In this document: piece after piece, positions 59,229 through 64,000 of the stretch
Position numbering within the stretch: position 1 is the first letter of the stretch
How the letters are laid out: the number at the start of each line of letters is the position of its first letter
Origin: Octopus vulgaris
Lineage: Eukaryota
Direction of reading: 5' to 3'
NCBI GenBank assembly: GCA_951406725.2
Contig: OX597824.1
Span: 28,334,001 to 28,398,000, forward strand
DNA length: 64,000 nucleotides
The notes under the pieces: generated by a model
Told to the model about the DNA's origin: nothing
Database searches by the model: none
What the model saw: the letters and a program-made list of their open reading frames with translations, nothing else
Translations under genes and position numbers: made by a program

Positions 59229-60129
59229 ATATCAGTTGAATAACGTTTAATCATAGTCTGGTTTTTACGTTTTTTATTATGGAATTTTAACAAAATTAGC
59301 GCTTTCACACATGATGTACTCATCAGATTTCAAATGTGTTAAACTGACAGTTGAGTTCTTATCAACTTTAGTACCTCTTAGAGCAGTCCAACCAGCTGAG
59401 TTTTAGAATATCCTTTTGATCAATCCGCATGCTCATAAAAATCATGGTTTTCCAGGCATACCGATATTCTGTAACATATTTATATTTATTAATCCAGATT
59501 ATTAACTGGTTGTTATATTATTGCTGTTATTTCATTTCAGAACAGATTCGAACATTATAATAAATCGTTTTACTTTTATCTTCCTTCCAACCTCACTTGC
59601 GTCATGTAGTTTGTGTAAAGGAAAAATTATATACATTTTCTAACCACATGCCTCTATATGTTTGCTCGGTGTTCCGGATTTCTTGTCTGTGGACTCGTGA
59701 GCGTTCCGATAATGCATTCTCTGTTTCGCCTACATATAATAACTCGCAATTCGGACATTTAAGGCAGTAGATCAACTTTCTGCTTTTCAGTTCATATCTG
59801 AATTTGCGAAAATCTGTTCATTTTCTTGTTCTAATGGATCTACATATATGAGTGTATTGACACGTTCCACATCTGTTATCATTACACTTCAATACTATTA
59901 ATGCAAAACCGCCATTTTTAAGAGTATGCGGATTGATCAAAAGATATTTTTTTAAATTCACCTGGTTGGAGCGTTCTAAGAGGTGCTACAGTTGTCAAGA
60001 ACTCAACTGTCAGTTAAACACATTTGAAATCTGATGCGTACATCATGTATGAAAGCGCTAAATATGTTAAAATACCAAAATATAAAGTGTTAAAACCATA
60101 CTAAGTTTTAACTTTATTCCACTGATTTA
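59229..60129 (-). mobile_element. Penelope-like element 3' remnant: GIY-YIG endonuclease fragment, terminal repeat with HHR, and inverted terminal repeat
   Basis: Minus about 59790-59540 reads SRKLIYCLKCPNCELLYVGETENALSERSRVHRQEI..SKHIEACG. Inverted arms 59229-59442 and 59913-60129. HHR at 59291-59332 (minus): aaat CTGATGA gtaca tca tgtgt GAA AGCGCT A attt. Confidence 0.88.
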
Positions 60130-60199
60130 TAAATATATATATATATATATATGTGCGTGTGAGTGTGTGTGTATGTATGTATTAATTATATATATATAA

Positions 60200-60767
60200 T
60201 AGAAATATAAAATTTCTAAATATATCAGAGAGATATAAGCAGTGGTGGTACGATAGAGCAGTTGTATACTGTCAACTTAACGTGAAAGTCCCATAAAGGG
60301 AATCACACCACCGCTATTTAGCCCTTGGAAGCAACATCGCTTCCTGTTCGCCTTGACACATTTCCTGTGTCCTTATGTTTACACGGGGGAGACAAGCACC
60401 CCCATCTAGCTAAGCCTGCAACCAGAGACTAGTTTCTGAGTCTTGGCTCGTCATCAGTATGGAGTAGCATGGCTTACTAGCCGCAGATACCTGTCTAGAC
60501 ATTGTAAACATATATAATTCCAGTGAAATAAATCCACTGATCACAAAAAATAGAAATGTTAAGTTTCTAAATATCTCAGAGAGATATAAGCAGTGGTAAT
60601 ACGATAGAGCAGTTACAAACTGTCAACATAACGGGACGGTCCCATAAAGGGAATCACGCACCGCTATTTAACCCTAAGAAGCATCAACACTTCCTGTCAG
60701 CCTTGACACATTTCCTCTGTCCTTATGTTTACAAGGGGGAGACAAGCACCCCCATCCAGCTATGCCA
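60200..60767 (-). repeat. About 351-bp tandem repeat (1.6 units) with a minimal hammerhead at 60422-60462
   Basis: Units start at about 60200 and 60551. Minus: ccata CTGATGA c gag ccaaga ctc a GAA ACTAGT C tctgg. Confidence 0.75.
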
Positions 60768-61341
60768 TATGTGCGCGACATGGTGATCTCATATCAAGAT
60801 AAACTGCACATGACCTTACAGGTGGGGGTCCCAGTTAGAATTTTCCTCTGGTCGAGTAACCCATCCCGCTTGAAACGATCCCTGAATAAGGGTTAAGAAT
60901 GTTGAACGAAACACACATGTTTTCAGAGGTGAATTATCCAAAGCCCAAAGAATCCCTCTCAATACATAGCCATGATGCTGACCCACAATTTCTGCTTGTG
61001 ATCAGAGTTGCACATATGGCCAGCCACTAAGGGACATGCTCAACTGGTTAAGGTCAAGCAAATGGCAAGCAAATCTGTGGTATTGAGCAGAATATTTGCT
61101 GTAGCCCATATTTTATACCAAGACAAAACAATGTACACGATAACACTTTCAATCAGTTAAGATTAGAAGCCATGAGAGCCACTGTCTGCTACTGCATCAG
61201 AGCAAATTATTATTGTTGTTGTTGTTCTTCTTCTTCTTCTTGTTCTTGTTATTGTTGTTGTTATTGTTATTGTTCTTCTTCTTCTTCTAGTTGTTGTCGT
61301 TGTTGTTGTTGTTCTTCTTCTTCTTATTATTATTATTATTG

Positions 61342-61387
<46 letters not shown>

Positions 61388-61406
61388 TATTATTATTATT
61401 ATTATT

Positions 61407-61439
<33 letters not shown>

Positions 61440-61443
61440 GGTG

Positions 61444-61474
<31 letters not shown>

Positions 61475-61499
61475 CATCATCATTATTATTATTATTATC

Positions 61500-61558
<59 letters not shown>

Positions 61559-62130
61559 TATTAAGGCCTGAAATTTGGTGGGAGGAGACTAGTCGGTTAC
61601 ATCTTCCTTAGTTTCTCACTGGTACTTAATTTATCAACTCCGAAAGGCAGAAAGACAAAGTCAACCTCGGTAGAATAACATATAGTAAGAAAATTATAAC
61701 AATAATAAATGCCCTAATGCAGTACCAGACAGTGGCTCTCATGGCTTCTGATCTTAACTGATTGGAAGTGTTATCGTGTACATTGTTTTGTCTTGGTATA
61801 TATGACGGCCTACAGCAAATATTCTGTTCAGTATCATAGATTTGCTTGTCAATTGTTTGACCTTAACCAGTCGAGCATATGGCTTAGTGGCTGAACGATA
61901 TGTGCATCTCTGAACACGAGCAAGAATCGTGGGTGAGTATAATAGCTATGTGTTGAGAAGGATTCTTTGGGGTTTAAGTAATTCGCCACTAAAAACATGA
62001 GCGTCTTGTCCATCATCCTTAAACAACCCTTATTCAGGGAGTTTTTGAGCGGGATGGGCTACTCGTCCTACCTGGGCCTCCACCTGCAAGGACATGTTTA
62101 TCTTGATATGAGATCACCAGGTCTTGAACA
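60768..62130. mobile_element. Two copies of an element of about 430 bp in tail-to-tail orientation (60768-61208 plus, 61705-62130 minus) around a trinucleotide tract
   Basis: Shared TGGTGATCTCATATCAAGATAAAC ... GAAGCCATGAGAGCCACTGTCTG.TACTGCAT. Both end in (TAT)n-like tails. Confidence 0.75.
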
Positions 62131-62234
62131 TATATATACCTGGTGTACTTATATGGGACGGGTAGCATATTTCGCTTCGTATAATTTGTTCCCTAGTATC
62201 ACCTTGATACTGTGTTCTGCTCTCTCACTCAATG

Positions 62235-62300
<66 letters not shown>

Positions 62301-62373
62301 ATGGTGGTGGTAGTGGTGGTGGTGGTGGCGGCGGTGGTGGTGGTGGTAGTTGTAGTAGTAGTATTAGTAGTAA

Positions 62374-62412
<39 letters not shown>

Positions 62413-62820
62413 CACTAGTAGTAGTAGTAGTAGTAGTAGTAGTAAATTAGCTGTTATTTATTAGTCGCTGTCAAGCATTCATTGACTACATTCAGTCTCA
62501 TTTTGAAGCGTAAGTGACAGAACGTTTTACATTCGATGTCTCTAAAGTGCACAATATTTCTCTCTGAGAAAAGAAAAAAGGAAAAAGAAAAAAAAAACAG
62601 GGAATAAAAATGTTTTCTGTACCATTAACACAGACAATAAATGTATTTTCTCTTCCACGCTCACCTTCGCCTCTTACAAACGTAGACATTTGCTATCGAT
62701 TGCAATATGCAATTCGCTCTCTCTCTTTCTCTCTCACTTTCTCTTTCTCCCCCTTTTTCTCCCTCTCATTCTCTTTGTTTATGAATATATACAAATATAT
62801 GTATATATATATATGTATCA

Positions 62821-62854
<34 letters not shown>

Positions 62855-62951
62855 GTACATGTATATGTGTTTGTGTGTGTGTGTAAATATAAATATATAC
62901 ACATGTACGTTTGTTTGTGCATATGTATGTATATAATTATGCATATATGCA

Positions 62952-62982
<31 letters not shown>

Positions 62983-63098
62983 CTATATATGTGTGTATAT
63001 ATACATATATATGTATAAATATATAAATATGTATGTGTACAAATATAATTACATATGCAAAAGTGTGTATATGTGTCAGTGTGTGTGTGTGCCTATAG

Positions 63099-63184
<86 letters not shown>

Positions 63185-63193
63185 CGATCGATC

Positions 63194-63274
<81 letters not shown>

Positions 63275-63374
63275 TCTGTCTCTACTTTTAACAACTTACT
63301 AAAAGAAAGGAAATTGCTCCTTTTCACACATATAAACAATGTTTTCACTTTCTTTCTTAAATTCTCTTTCCTTT

Positions 63375-63409
<35 letters not shown>

Positions 63410-63921
63410 CCCACTCTATGTTTCATTATTTGTCTAACACACAAAGTGGGCAGAAGCCTATCTACACATTACAACGAGACACTGTGTATCTCTCTTTCTC
63501 CATCCTCATTTCTTCATTCTCTCACACGTTCTTCCCTTCCTCTCACATCTCTCTCTCTCCCTCTCTCTCTCTCTATCTATCTCTCTCTCTATCTATCTAT
63601 CTATCTATCTATATATCTATCTATCTATCTATCTATCACTGTTAAACTCATATTCTCATATCTTAATGTTCGTTTCGCCAGTACGCTTCCCATCACGTCT
63701 TTTTTTAGTTTCTTTTTTTCACACACACTCTCTTTCGTACTCTTTCTCTCTCTCTCTGCCTCTCCTCTCTCTCTCTCTCTCTCACGCTCTCTCTCTCTCT
63801 TTCTCTCCTATACACACATTTAACTAAACTGGGCACCAATTACAGACCACCCTTCTACCTTCTACCTTCATATTCAACGTTTATTTTCCTCTATTTTTAT
63901 CTATATCTATCTATCTATCTA

Positions 63922-63983
<62 letters not shown>

Positions 63984-64000
63984 TATAAACAGTGGTGTAG

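Overview
AT-rich, microsatellite-saturated eukaryotic DNA. The SINE families and simple-repeat load suggest an octopus or other coleoid cephalopod (inference). No intact host gene is supported, and almost every ORF in the track is a translated microsatellite. The recognisable content is mobile-element debris: Dong/R4-type RLE LINE fragments sitting in (TAA)n, a CR1/L2-group LINE 3' end, an RTE fragment, two Helitrons, three tRNA-derived SINE families, MITE remnants, a 5S rRNA copy and many Penelope-like (PLE) terminal-repeat fragments in tandem or inverted arrangement. The main hidden signal is RNA-level: about 10 unrelated repeat families each carry a hammerhead-ribozyme (HHR) motif, folded here by eye. 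These include (i) an intact, almost identical 489-bp tandem/inverted HHR repeat that looks like a retrozyme able to release a unit-length, possibly circular RNA, (ii) natural core variants with compensatory G3-C8 and U3-A8 pairs, plus A6U and A9C variants, and (iii) a family whose three HHR strands appear in a non-circularly permuted order, with a compensatory change in stem I, also present in a 774-bp tandem duplication. No ribozyme activity has been tested.
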